Assembly (NCBI GenBank): GCA_028826165.1
Contig: JAPDFW010000123.1
Span: 62,001-126,000, forward strand
Direction: 5' to 3'
DNA length: 64,000 bases
Source: Anaeramoeba ignava BMAN
Lineage: Eukaryota > Protista > Anaeramoebae
Under the pieces are notes generated by a model. That model had not been told where the DNA came from, ran no database searches, and saw only the letters and a list, made by a program, of their open reading frames with translations. The translations under genes were made by a program, and so were the position numbers. Within the stretch, counting starts at the first letter, position 1. Each line of letters begins with the position of its first letter. Below, one piece after another: positions 1-14,162 of the stretch.

Positions 1-677
1 TGTAAAGAAAAGAGGAAGTCATGAAGGTGAATTCAGAATTCAAAAATATGATTATATTTGTGGAGAAGAAACGATGATCACAAAACACAAAGAAAATAAC
101 TGTGTGATCAATATTGAAATTGATAAAATGTATTTTTCTTCAAAATCAGCAAGTGAAAGAAAAAGGATTTTTAGTCAGATAAAAACAAATGAAAAAGTTC
201 TCGTCATGTTTAGTGGATGTGGTCCTTTTGTTTGTACAATTGCTAAGAATTCACCTGCTCAAAAGGTGGTCGGAATTGAACTCAATCCTGATGCTCATCA
301 ATATTCATTATTGAATATAAAAGAAAATCAAATTGAAAATATTGTTGATCTTTATTTGGGTGATGTCAGACAAATTTGTCCCGAATTGAAAGAAAATGAT
401 CAATATTTCGATAGAATTGTTATGCCTCTTCCAAAAACTGCAGAAGAATTTTTACCAGATGCTTTTATTGTTGCTAAAAATTCAACTATTATTCATTTAT
501 ATGATTTTGTTGAACTGGCAAATTTTCCTCAAAATGTTATTCAAAAAATTGAATTTTTTTGTTCTAAATTTGGTTCGGAAATTTGAAATTCTTTGTTCAA
601 CTAAATGTGGTCAGTTTTCTCCAACTATGTTTAGGGTTTGTGTAGATTTTAGATTGATAAATGAAAATATAAAATGA
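1..677 (+). CDS. Trm5/Met10+-family SAM-dependent tRNA methyltransferase, 5'-truncated by the window edge, one frameshift near 553-576
   Basis: The frame is open from base 2 (VKKRGSHEGEFRIQ...HKENNC). Motifs YFS..SER.RI, VLVMFSGCGPF, GIELNPDA and FDRIVMPLPKTA, then the C-terminus KCGQFSPTMFRVCVDF continues in the 396..677 frame. Confidence 0.8.
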
Positions 678-803
678 AAAATATAATTAAAAAAAAAGTG
701 GAATAAAAATAAATAAAAAAGGAGAAAAAATAAAAGGAGAAAAAAAAGCAAAAAAAAAAGCAAAAATTTTTTTTTTTTTTCATTTTTTTTTAAATTAAAA
801 AAA

Positions 804-3800
804 ATGTCTTCAACAAAAAGAAGTCAATTTTTAATTTGGTTATTTTTGAATGAGATTGAAACAAACAAAATAGAAGAAATTAAAATTCAAATAATAACAC
901 AAAAACCAAAAAAACATTATGAACTTGCAAAATCAAAAAAACAAAAAGAAGTTTGGTTTATTGGAATTCCAAAAATAAATTGGGATAAAAAAAAATATTT
1001 TGAAACTTCTTTTCAATTTGCAATGCATGGATTATTAGAAGGTCAAACAAAAATAAATATGTCAGATCCGTTCCTAATCCAACAATACAAACCAAATCCT
1101 TTGAATATTCAATTTATAAAATTGAATTATGAATCTGATAAATTAATTCCATATAAAGTTGATGATAATTTAATTAAATTTAAAATTCTTGATGCTCTTA
1201 TTTTTCAAACTGAAGGAATTGAATTTCAAAAGCAAATCAAAATCAAATTCCAAGTAATTGATGCCTTATTATTAGGAGAAAAAGAAGAAGAATCAAAAAA
1301 AGAAGAAGAAGAAAAAAAAGAAAAAGTTATTTCATGGATAAAAGAAAATTTTGATTCAAATTTATCTCTTGATAAGAAACTTATTTTTTTCTACTTATCA
1401 TCTTTTGGTTTTCATATTATAAATATGGATCTTATTCTGTTTCCTCAACAAAATGATTCTTTGGATTTTGCTATTGATTTTACAAAATTTGTTATTGATT
1501 TTTTTACAAAAGAAATTGGAGCAAGCACCTTTAAAAAAACTCTTGGTTCAAATCTTTCTAAATTTTTTCAAAAAAATAATCAAAAACAAAATGATCAAGA
1601 AAAATCTTTTAAAATTTTCTCTTATTTCCCATTGGCTTGGTATTTGGAATCTACTAAAGAATTTGAAACTTTTATAAAAGAACTTGAAGTTAAATCTCTT
1701 GATCAAATTTTACCTCTTTTCAATATTATTCTATCTGATTCAACATTCCACAAAATTTTATCTGAAAAATTATTTCAAGAAAAATTCCTTACAGAATGCA
1801 TTCCAAAATATTGGGAAAAATTCCTTTTTGATTTTTTTTCTTCTCAGAATATTGAAAACGTTAACAAAATTTTTGATTCTCCAATTTATAAGGATATCTT
1901 TTCTACACTTTCCCAAATCAATTTAAATTTTGATAAGAAAATTCAATTTTGGATTTCTTTTTATTCTCTTTTAAAGGAGCATCCATTCCAAACAAATGAA
2001 AACACAAATGAATTGAATAGAAAAAATGATCTTGATGATATTTTTAATTTAATCAAATCTCAATTTGAATCCCTTAAAAAGGGACGTTCAGCCTTATTCA
2101 GAATCGTTGCTTTAGCAAAAGAAGAATATATGGGATTAATTCAAAATTTATTATCAGAACACCAAAATATTCTTTACTCCTTTTTCCAATCTCTTTATAA
2201 TGAAATTTCTCTAGATCACATTTTCAAATTTGAGAATATTATTCAATTTATGCCAATAAAAGAGGTTCAAATTCCAAAATGGGAAAAATTATTAACTAAA
2301 ACAAACGAAGATATTTTCAAATTAAAAGATAATAATATTCATGATTTAATTTCTGAATTTATTCAAAATTCAAACTTTCCTGATTTAGAGAATACATTTA
2401 AATGGTATACAAAAATTATTTCTTTTTTTCCTAATTATCAAACAAATGAACATGGAGTTATTGAAGTTATGCAAGATTTTCATAAAGAATTAAATGAATT
2501 TTGTCAAAAACTTGCTGAAGGATGTGAATTTGAGAATTATAACAATTTCCAAACTTTCGAAAAACAATACCAAGAGTTATCCAAAATATTATTTCCAGAT
2601 GATAAAAAATACAATGAAATTATTCAAAAAATTGATTCAAAAAAAACGCAAATATTCTATAAACATGAACTTTTGAAAACCTTATATGATGTTTATTTAC
2701 CCAAAATAATGATAACAGAATTACCTTTTGATGATAAATTAATTGAAAAGATTACAAAAGATCAAGAAGATTCTTTGAAATGGTTGAATAAACTTCAAGA
2801 TTCAAAAATTTTCCTTAATCAATGGAAAGAAATCTTCACTCCATTTTTAAAAGAAAAAATTTTAAAATCTGAATCTCAAATTCAAAATTTTATCAATAAA
2901 TACAAAAATGAATGGAATGATTTTATCCAAAACAAAATCACATTACAAAATTTAATTCAAAACAAAGATAAAGAAACAAAAGAAGAAATCAATAATTTTT
3001 TTCAAAACATTATCAATTTACAATTTATTCAAGATAATATTTTAAAATTATCAAATGAATGGGAAAAATTAAATCAATTAATTTCAGAAAAAAAACTTAC
3101 TTTCAAGGAATTGGATAACATGTTTCCATTTATAGAAAAAGAAACAAACTCGAATATCAATCAAATCAAATTTTTCAAACCTGAAAATTTCTTAAAAGAA
3201 AATCTCAATTTCAAAGATAATGAAAAGAATCTTAATGAATATTTAGAATTGAGGAAAAAAAGATATGGTTTATTAAGTTTCTTGGAATTTTGCAAAATAT
3301 TTACTTTTACAACAAAAAACGAAACATTTGAAACATTTGAAAAAGATTGGGATTCTCAATTATTAAATCAAATTGATGAAATTTCCAAAAATTTAGGTTC
3401 TATATTTTCAGGAAATGAATCATCTTTCTTACAATTCTTTTCTGAATTAATTCCCATTAAATTTACAGAAGAATCTCAAGAATATATTTTTGATACTCAT
3501 TTGCTTGATTGGTTAAAAAAACAAAATGATGATGAAATTAACAATATTCTTTCTAAAGATATTTTCCCTGAAAAACAATACAAAAATGGAATGAAACAAT
3601 TAAAAAATTTGAGAAATAGAATGAAAGGTTATCTTAATCGCGAAAGTTATTCAAGTTTTTCTGTTTTTTTGAATATAATTTTTAATGAAGAAAAGAGAGT
3701 ATCTAAAGATCCAAAAGAAATAGATTTCCCATTTATTCATAAACTTCTCCCACAAATTGAAATTATGATCCAAGAGAAAAACGAAACAGATGAAAAGAAA

Positions 3801-6800
3801 GCAAAAACAGAAATTAATAAAATGTTCAGTGATAAAGGATCCAAATTTGTTTTTAGATCATCAAAAAATCAAAAATCAGCAGTTATTTGTCATTTAGAAA
3901 ATAAAGAAATTTCATTTGATAAATTGAAAATATATTACATACTTTTCAAAAAATTTAAAGAATCAACAGAAGATACAAATCAAAATCAAGAAAATGAAAC
4001 ACAAAATATTTCCAAATTTACAGATTCTTTTGAGATTATTGAGAATTGTGCTGATTTACTTGTTAAACTTACTTTAAAATCTCATTTCGAATACAGTAAA
4101 AATTATGAAAAAGTGTTCCAAAGTATTCCATATGAAAATTTCAAAGAAGATCTTATTGAATTCAAAAACAAACTTGCTGAAGATTTGAGAAAGTGGAAAT
4201 CAACAATTAACAAAATTTTTGAAGATTATGAATCTCTTTCTTTCTTCTCAAAGGAACAAATATCAACATTATTACAAAATTTCAACAATATAAATCCAGA
4301 TTCAAAAGAAAAAATTCAACAAATTTTGAATATTTATTCTCCAGATTTATCTAATGATGAAATAGAAAAATATTTAGATAATCAATCACAACAATTATTT
4401 GAAGATTATGCAAAAGATCTTAATGAATTTTTAGAAAAGAACTTTGATAATTTAGTAAACAATTTTAAGGAAATACCCAAAAATTTTTATGAAAATATCG
4501 AAAAATATGAAAACATAAGAAATTTTATAGATAAACAATTTGATCAAAAATCTGGAAAAGTTTCAAATCCAAAAGTTTGGACATATTCACTTTCAAATGA
4601 ATTTAAAGTTTTTTTCGATGTTTGCATTTTCTATTTCATTTATTCACATAAATTCCCACATCGAGAACAAATTCTCATTTGTGATCAAGATACAACAAAA
4701 AGGGATATTTCATGCTTTTTAAAAGTTTATAAGATTTACAACGAAAAATTTTTAAATGATAAAAATAAAAATGAAAATGGTTGGATATTTTCTATTATTT
4801 ATGGAAATAGATTATCAAAAAACAAGCAAAGTTATTTAGCTTCTGAGATTCGTTCAATTAGTTATCAAACTATTTTCCCCTTGATTATTTTCCATTCAAA
4901 AGAAAAAAAAGAAACAAAAACAAAAACAAAAACAAAAGAATATCCTGATAATTTAGTTTCTTTATTTGGTTCTGAATTTGAAAAACAAGATCCAAAAACC
5001 AAAGTTAAAATTAAAATCAATAATACAGAATTCAAGAAATTTCTTCAAGAAAGTTCATTTTCTAAACAAATGAAAGTTTATACATCAGAATTCTCAGGAT
5101 TTGGTAAAACTTTCCAAATACGTAAATGGGTATATGAAGAAAATAATAAAGAAAATGAAGAACCAAATACAGAATATCAATATAATCATATAGTTATTAC
5201 ATCAGAAAAAAGATCAGAATTTATCCAAAAAATTAATGAACTTTGCCAAAATATAAAAGAAAAAGAAAAAGAAAAAGAAAAAGAAAAAGAAAAAGAAAAA
5301 GAAAAAGAAAAAGAAAAGATATACATACATATTGAGCTTCCTTATTCTTCTAAAATTGATATTTCTGATTATATTTGGGGTCTTTTGATTTGGGGTTCAA
5401 TTGAAAATAAAAGAAGTAATAGTCTTGATAATTCTACATGGAATTTACCAAAAAATGTTACATTGATTTTTGAAATACCAAGTAATCGAATCAACGAATC
5501 ATCAAATGGTTGTCAAAATTTCCCTTCACTTGAATATTTGAATCACGTTGATTGCAAAGTTTCTTATGAGCATTTCTCTTTTGATCAATATATTTTATCC
5601 AATGATGGGAAAATTTCCAAAAAAGAAGACAAAGATTTGATTTCTGTGATAAAATTTTTCCAAATTTATACTGAGAATTTTGAATCATTCAGAAACAAAA
5701 GTGATAAAGAAAGAAATGAATTATTCGTTAATCCCAAAATTGAAGAAAATACGGTTAAAAATATGTTTGAAAAAACTCAAAAAATTTTCAAAGATGTAAT
5801 TAAATGTGATAAAGTCACTTTTAGATTATTCACAAATTTTTTCAATGTTTTAAAATATCAAATTGATGCATTAAAACTTTATGAATTTCTTGATCCAGAA
5901 AAAGCAAGACAATTATTTAAAAACCCAAATTTGGAAAATTACTACAAGAAAAAATTTTGAAATTTTCTTTGGAATCAATTTTCAAAATGATTTCTCCTTC
6001 AGGTAATTGGATGAATAAACAAAATATCGCAAACTCAATTGAATTTGAAGATTTATTTCAAGGTTATAATCCAGAATTTTTATGGGAAGATCGAATAAAA
6101 TATATTTTCTTGTTCATTCTTTCAAAAGAATTTAAAAAAGTAGAAAAAGTATTTATTTTAGGAGAAACTGAAAAATTAGCTAGAAAATGTTTCAATTCTA
6201 CTTGGCACAAAAAACTTGAAGCAAATGATAAATTTACTTTCTTACAACCATTTTCAGAAGAAGCTAAAAAAGATGGATCTCAAAAGGAGTTTCTTGCTTT
6301 AAAATCCTTAATTTTTAATGATATTGATATCTCAGAATTACAACAATTTCATAAAGAAAATAAATCGAATTATGCATTGACAAAAGACAATTTTTTTAAA
6401 ATGATATTTATTCAACAAAAATTAAATGCAAAACTTCCCGTTATTTTATTTGGAGAAACTGGATGTGGAAAAACTTCTTTAATCAAGTATTTATGCGAAG
6501 ATATTATGAAACAACAATTAAGAACTCTTCAAATTCATGGTAAAACTAAGAAGAAAGATATCATTAATTTTGTAAAGGAAGCACAAGAAGACGCAGAAAA
6601 ATCACAAGAAAAAATTCCCATTTTCTTTGATGAATTCAATACAGCTCCCAAAAAATGTATTATGCTTCTTAAAAGCATTTTTTCAGATAAAAGGATAAAC
6701 GATATGAAAATTTCTGATAATATTAATATTTTTGCAGCAGGAAATCCTTATAGAGAAAGAGAAACAAAAACAGGAAATGATACTGAAGCAAGAGATGTAA

Positions 6801-9800
6801 TAATAGATTGGGGATTAAACGCTGATTTTGGTAATGGAAAAGAAGAAATAGAGAGATTAAAAAAAGCAATTTATCCAGTTCACACAATCCCTAATTCTTT
6901 TTTTGATAATATTTTTGATTATGGGAAATTATCAGAAAATTCAGAAGAATCATATATTCAAAAAATTGTGCAAAATAAAATTAAAAAAATAGAACCACTT
7001 CCTCAAGAAGTGGGAAATCTTAATAATTTATTTTCTAAACTTTTATTGGAATCTTATATTTATGTTCGCCAAAAATCAGATGATAAATTAAGTGCAGTTT
7101 CATTAAGAGATTCAACAAAAGTACTTATAATTTTCGATTGGTTTAGATCAGAAAAAATTACTGAAGACTTAATTGAAGAAAAAAGTAATTTTAAATACAT
7201 TCACCAATTTATCATTGCTTTATATCTTTCTTTTGGGTGCAGATTGACCTTGAAAGAAAGAGAGAAATATTATGAATTACTTAAAAAGAAAATTAAAGAA
7301 TTCAAATTACCAAATTTACCAAAATTGAATATACCAAAAATTATTGAAAATTCCCAAACAAAACTTATGGATATTTTGAATATTGATTTTAAAGAATGGG
7401 ATGTTGTATTGAATAACTCTTTGCAAGAAAATATCTTTTCAGTTTTTATTTCTTGTTACACACACATTCCTTTATTTTTAGTTGGTAAACCAGGCACTTC
7501 CAAAACAATTTCAATTGAAATTTTAATGCAAACATTAAGACCTCCAAAAAAAGCTAATAAATTCCTCGTAAATTATAATCTTCCAGCTTTGAAAGAATTC
7601 TTTATTCAATGTACACAACAAACAAAAGCTTCAGAAATAACAGAAGTGTTCAATCAAGCAAGAAAATATGCAAATAAATCAAGCATCACAGAAACTATTA
7701 GTGTTATTGTTCTGGATGAAGTATCTCTTGCAGAAGTAAGTCCTGATCTTCCGTTAACAGTTTTACATTTTGAACTTGAAAAAGCTGATAAAAAATTGTT
7801 GGATCAAAATAAATCATTTGAAAAAATAAAAGAAGAACTTGATGTTTCAGTTTTATTAGTTTCAAATTGGAAATTGGATCCAAGTCAAACAAATCGAGGA
7901 ATGTTTATGAAAAGACTTGATCCTCAATTAGATGAATTGAAATCTACAACAAAAAAAATTCTTCTTCATTTTAAACCAGATTTCCCTTCCAGTTTTGTCA
8001 AAAAAATAGCCAAAGTTTATCAACTTATTTTCAAACGCCAAACAAAAGAATTAAAGAAAAATTATTTTGGACTTAGGGATTTCTATTATTATCTTAAAAT
8101 GATTGGATTTAATTGTTCACAAAACGGTTTTTCTTACAATAACCCACACATGATATGGAATACAATTTATAGAAATTTTGGATCTAGACCTGACTTTCTC
8201 CAAAAAGTTATTCCAGATATTATCAAAATCCTTGGAATTAAAACACCAAAATATATACCATCATCAATCTCACTTATTAAACAAAATTTGTTATGTTCAA
8301 TTGTTGATTTGAAATTATTTCCTGAGAAAAAACTTCCTGAAAACATATTAAAACATCCACAAAATTTTTCTCGACATTTAATGATTCTTACAGAAAATTT
8401 ATCAATTTTACCATTAATACTTTCCCAAATTGAAAAAGACACAATTGTTATTTTTGGTTCTCCATTTGCAGAAAGTAGAAAAACACACAGAATAGTGGAA
8501 AATCTAAAGAAAATTGAATTTGCAGTTTCAAAAGGAAAAACAATCGTTATTTATAATAATAATTATTTGTGTGAAATTCTATATGATTTGCTTAACCAAA
8601 ATTATATACGTGAAAAAGATAAATTATTTGCTCGTATTTCATTTGGAGATGCAACAGAGAATATTTTAATTAACGAAAATTTCAGAGTGATTATGGTTAT
8701 TGATAAGAAACAAGCATACGAAAAGGAATTACCTCCCAATTTAAACAGATTTGAAAAACAATTAGTTTCGGCAAAAGATTTCATTTCTATAAATAAAATC
8801 CATAATTTTGTTAAAAAACAAATTCATAAATTGGATCTAATTGAAGAATACACAGAAGAAAATATCAAAAAAAATGATTTGATTATTAATTATAATTCAG
8901 AAAATAACGATTTATTGAATTCACTTGGAGTAAAATTACAAAACAAATATCAACAAAAAAACGAATTTGATAATGAAATTGAGGAAGAAATACTTGAAAA
9001 GGAAGGCAAAGAATTATGGATGAAACTTTGCAAAACAGAGAAAATGATTCAACTTTTCCATTTAATACAAGAAAACGAAATAGAAAAAGAAAGAAAATAT
9101 TTGAAGCAATTTTGGGATGATTTTATTAAACAATATCATTTTGATTTCAAGAGTTTGTTTCAAGAAGAGATTTCCAAAAAGAATATCAAAAAAAGTATTG
9201 TATTAACATATTCAGTATTTAAAAAACAAAACAAAAAGAATTTCCCAAGAGTTTATAAAGAAAATTCTAATGAAGAAAGTTATTATCCTGAAAATTATGA
9301 TAAACTTTCTGTTGATCTCTCAAAATATCATACAGATAATGAATTGAAAACATATTTATCGGAAAAATGGGAAAAATATATCGATCAAAAAGATTTTGTT
9401 TTAGAAATTCACCATAATATAACTGATGAATCTTCATTTAATTTATTTAATCAAGTTAAATATTTAATAGAAAACTTAATACTAGATTATTACCAGATAG
9501 ATAAAATGATTAATTTAGAAAACAGACATCAAAGTGATATTGTGTTCTTTCTCCATTTAACAAGTACTGAAGCAAGTAAATACTTCTATTATTTCTTTGA
9601 TGATAATTGGGAAATTTATTACATCGATAAATTGAAACAGAAATATGAATTTGATTTAATTAAGATTGCAAATGAAAATTTAAATCTTAAGGATATTTTC
9701 AATAATTTGAAAAATTCAAAATCAAATATTAAAGATTTGATAAATGAAATTACACCAATTGCAATATCACAATTTTTAGATCCTTACAAGTCAAATTATA

Positions 9801-12800
9801 AGGAAAAGCTTGATTCGATTTCTAATTTACTAAAAAATGATGAAATTCAAGAAATTGTTTTAGAAAATGTTGAAAATATGATTGACAAAGGACAAGAAAA
9901 AGAATTTGAAATTTATAAATGGGATTTGAAAGAAATTATTAAAAATCACAAGGGAAATACTTCTATTATTGATCATTCATTTAATACTTTCCGTGAAAAA
10001 ATTACCAGAATTTTTGCCTTAATAATTAACAAATTAAGCCAAAATGGAAATTATAATCTTTTCAAAGAAACTGGAATTATTCATTATTTATGGTCTCGAA
10101 TTATAAAAGAATATAAAATTCCGTATGATAACGTTTTTGATAAAGATCAATTTCACAATTCTGAATTTTTCTTTCCTCATCTATTCCTCTATTCAAAATA
10201 CACACTCATATTCAAAAGACTCTTTCATTTATAAACTCATAAATGTTCCATTTAGTAAAATCCAAGAATTAAATGAAAATATTTCAGAGAAACAAAATAT
10301 TCGAGATATTTCTATTAAATATTTTAATGATTTAATGAAATTTGAACTTGGAGAAAAAAAAGAACAATTATTGAAAGAAGGAATTAAATTTGATTATATT
10401 GATCTATTTGAAAAGTTTTCAAAACAAAATATTATTGATATTTCATTGAAAGATCTTCATAAAATCTTTTTACAAACAGTAAAACCTATTTTACACAAAA
10501 TATTATCAATCAAAGATTCATTCGATTTATTATCAAAGAAAGAATATTCTCAAATTGAACTTGATAAATCAAAAAATCTTTTCTCCCTCTTTTCAAATTA
10601 TTTCAATATTTTGGAAAAACTTATTAAAGAAAAAGAAAAAGAAAAAGAAAAAGATATCCAAAAAATTGCATCTACTTTTATATCACACTCAAAACAAAAT
10701 GTTCAAGATTTATTTTTAGATTTGAAATTAATTAAAATTTCAGAATCAGAAAATGATCAATTACCTAATTTAATTTCTAAATGGAATGAAATTTTACTTT
10801 TAAGAGAAATATTTGTTGAAGTTCATTTTCCATTTCAAGAAAATCAATACATTGATACTATTCTTAAAGAAATTAAACCACATTTCAATTCTGAATCTAA
10901 TTTAGATGAAATATTTAATATATTTTGGATTAAACTTCCTAAACAATTATTAATTCAACAAAAAGTTCAAGATAATAATCAAATTTTAGATCAAATTTCA
11001 CAAGATGAAGCATTTAAAAACAAGAAAGAAGTTTATAAATCAATTATATTCATTTTTTATAATTTTGGTAAAATTCTTGTTCAACACATGATAAATGATA
11101 CTTCAAAAATTAATCAAATTGAAGAAATTTACAAGAAAATAATTTCCATTTTAATTGGGGAAGATAAAGATTTACCTAAATTAGATTTTGAAACAGAAGA
11201 ATCTAAGTTTTTTAATTTCATGTTAAATTCATTAATTCGTGATTTGATTTTAAATTCTCAAAAAGATTTGAAAAACCAAAAAATTTACTTTAATATTTTA
11301 GATGAGTTTTTGAAAGAAGTTGATTTAACAGAAGAAAATATTAATAATCAAATTGGAATTTCATGTTTAAAAATTTTGTTAAATCGAAATGAAATTAATT
11401 TAAAAATTAATGATGATAATAATGATAATAATGATAATAATGATAATAATGATAATAATGATAATAACGATAATGATAACGATAATGATAATAATAATGA
11501 TAATAATGATAATAATAATAATGATAATGATAATAATGATAATGAAAGTGAATATGAATATTATAGTTCTGATTATTTAAATGAAGATAAATTACAACCT
11601 CTTCCAGAAAAATTTTCATTAAAAGAAATTAATAATTTAGCAAATTTCAGAACATATTTAATTTATAATTATAAAAAAGCTGTGAAAGATATGGAGAAAG
11701 ATTTCAAATCAGAGAAAGATGCAAGAAATTGGGTTATTTTGATACTAAAATCTATTTATCATAAATACAAACAAAACAAAGTTATTAAATTTATAGAGAA
11801 AAATAATCAACATTTACCAAGTAATTTGAATTTGATTAAGAATATTCGAAAATTAAAACCTGAGATTCCAAAATTTAGAATTAATAATGGAAAAGTATCA
11901 AATACAATATTAGATAACAACACAAACAAAATTATAAAAACAATCAAAAATGATCAAATTGTTCAAGCAATATTTGATTCAGTTGATATTGTTGAATCAA
12001 TAAACTTTCAACCGTTTAAGGATTTGATTTCTGATCCAATGTTTTTGAAAGAAAACCGAAAAACATCCAATTTGATAAATATAATTCATAAATCATATTG
12101 GCCTGGTATTCCAAATTATCCTTATTTCAATATGTTTCTCAATCAAAGTAACCAATGGTTTGGATGTGAAGCTCATAATACTTTTTGGTATTCTGACAAA
12201 AATCAAAATCAATATCAAATGGATTGTTGGTATTGTAATTTACCTTCTGATATGTCAATCATGATTCCACAACCAAAACTTATTAAAGAAATTGATCAAA
12301 AACTTCAAAATTTATCAGGTTATCATTGTTCAGTTCCAGAATTTGATACATTTAATATTCGTGAATTAGATCCAATATCTTATTTAATTTTAGTTATTCT
12401 TACAAATTGCATTGTTCTTAGTATGAGTATTTCAGTAATAAATTTCAGAGAAAATATCCTTCATTTAATGAACTCACCAAAAACAAATGAAGAAGAGTTA
12501 TATAAAATTCTGAAAAATAATATTGTTAGATCCTTTGATAATTTGAAAGAAATTTTGAATTTATCAGATCAAGAAGTTTTTGAATTTTATTACAAAATTT
12601 TAATTAAAATGAAAGAAGGAAAATATATAAAAGGAATACAATCTCAAACTATTAATCTTCAAAAGGAAGAAAAAAGAAATGAAATTGAGAAAAATTTCAA
12701 TGAAATGATTAAAAACGAAAAAGATGGAATTTTAAAAGAAATTCGTAAAAACAGAAAACGAGATGTATTTGTTGATTTAGAAGAAAGGAAACTTCCTTGG

Positions 12801-13883
12801 CCTTTTATGGAATATCAAACAAAAAATTATCAACAATTTGTTTGCCTATTCAAAAGTAATGAAGAAAATAAGAAAAAGTATCCAATAATTTCATTTGTGA
12901 ATGAAAATCAACAAGCATTATCAAGACTTAAACTCTTTCCAGGATTTCTTAAATTTGCTTCAGCTATTACAAACAGATATCATGGAGAATTTTCACAAAG
13001 AAAAACAAAAATAATTAATTTTATTGAAGAAAACAAAGAAAACAAAGAAATTGAAGAATGGTTTCAAGATTTTAAATCTTTATGGAATGATTCATTAAAT
13101 GATTTGAAGAAAATAGAAATTTACACAAACTTACCACAAGATTTCTTCACAAAAAATGTTATGAACGAACAAAAATCAATTGAAGAATGTTTGATTTATA
13201 ATAAAGAATCACCTGTTTCAATTTACAAAATTATCAAAACTTCAATTAAACATCATAATAATTTAATGAAAAAATTAATGGAAATTTTAAATTTCTCAAG
13301 TTATCAAAAATCTAATCAAGAAGAAAAAGAAAAACTTCATTTTCCTATTAATATCCAAGAATTTGAATCACCAAAAATTATCCATTTAGATTTTGATAAA
13401 ATTACTCAAATTATTAATGATTATCAAGATGATCAAAAATTATTTGCATTTTTAGAAGAATATTTAATTGAAAGCTTAAATATTGAATTTAAATCAAAAG
13501 AAATTTTACTTGAATTTGAACATTTCTTTTTCAATGATGATATTAACGAAAGAGTTAAAAGATTAAATAAAAGAGTTTGGAAATATGAAGCAATACCTGA
13601 TAAAATATGGGAAACAATTCTTGAAGAATTAAAATTAAAAAATTCAGTTGAAACTTTTTTCAATTTAATTAAAACAGTTATTTTTTCATGTTCTTTAACT
13701 GAATTTAAAGAAGTTGAATTACAAGACATTCCAAATACTCGTTTAATGGATTTTATTGATAAAAAACTTTCTTTAGAAAATGATCCAGATTTTCTTTTTT
13801 TCCAAAATTCCTCAAAATATTTTTCATTAATATTTTTAAAGAATATTTCAGATTTATATGAGAAACTTAAGAAAGAAATTTAA
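804..13883 (+). CDS. RNF213/mysterin-like giant AAA+ ATPase (~4,350 aa), intronless, broken into three ORFs by two frameshifts (~5950 and ~10170)
   Basis: RNF213-type motifs occur in order: SGFGKT, PVILFGETGCGKT + FFDEFNT, AVSLRD, PLFLVGKPGTSKT + VLDEVSLAEVSPDLPLTVLH, SNWKLDPSQTNRG, FGLRDFY, LYDLLNQNY, NRFEKQ, an RZ-like C..H..CxxC, and RELDPISYLIL. The three ORFs abut or overlap with no intergenic gap. Confidence 0.85.
11409..11545 (+). repeat. Coding GAT/AAT trinucleotide repeat (Asp/Asn tract) in the RNF213-like gene
   Basis: (aat/gat)n, translated as NDDNNDNNDNN... Confidence 0.9.
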
Positions 13884-13892
13884 TTTTCAACA

Positions 13893-14100
13893 ACAATTTC
13901 TTTTCAATTCTTTTTTCAATTCTTTTTTCAATTCTTTTTTTCAATTCTTTTTTTCAATTCTTTTTTCAATTCCTTTTTTTCAATTCTTTTTTCAATTCTT
14001 TTTTCAATTCTTTTTTCAATTCTTTTTTCAATTCTTTTTTTCAATTCTTTTTTCAATTCTTTTTTTCAATTCTTTTTCAATTCTTTTTTTTTCAATTCCA
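13893..14100. repeat. Intergenic ~13-bp tandem repeat (caattcttttttt)n
   Basis: Directly visible tandem copies with variable T-run length just after the RNF213-like stop codon. Confidence 0.9.
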
Positions 14101-14162
14101 CTTTTTTTTTCAACAACAAAAATTTAATAAAAAAAAACGAACAATTCAAAAACAAATTTTTT

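Noticed and set aside
5957-10234. Midasin/Rea1 or dynein heavy chain
   Set aside because: The motifs DEV.LAE.SP..PL.VLH, SNW.LDP...NRG, GLRDFY and LYD.LNQ.Y are RNF213-type, and no MIDAS or dynein stalk is seen.
13893-14100. CRISPR array or telomeric repeat
   Set aside because: Units are contiguous with no unique spacers, no cas genes are present, the context is eukaryotic, and the array is interstitial and degenerate.
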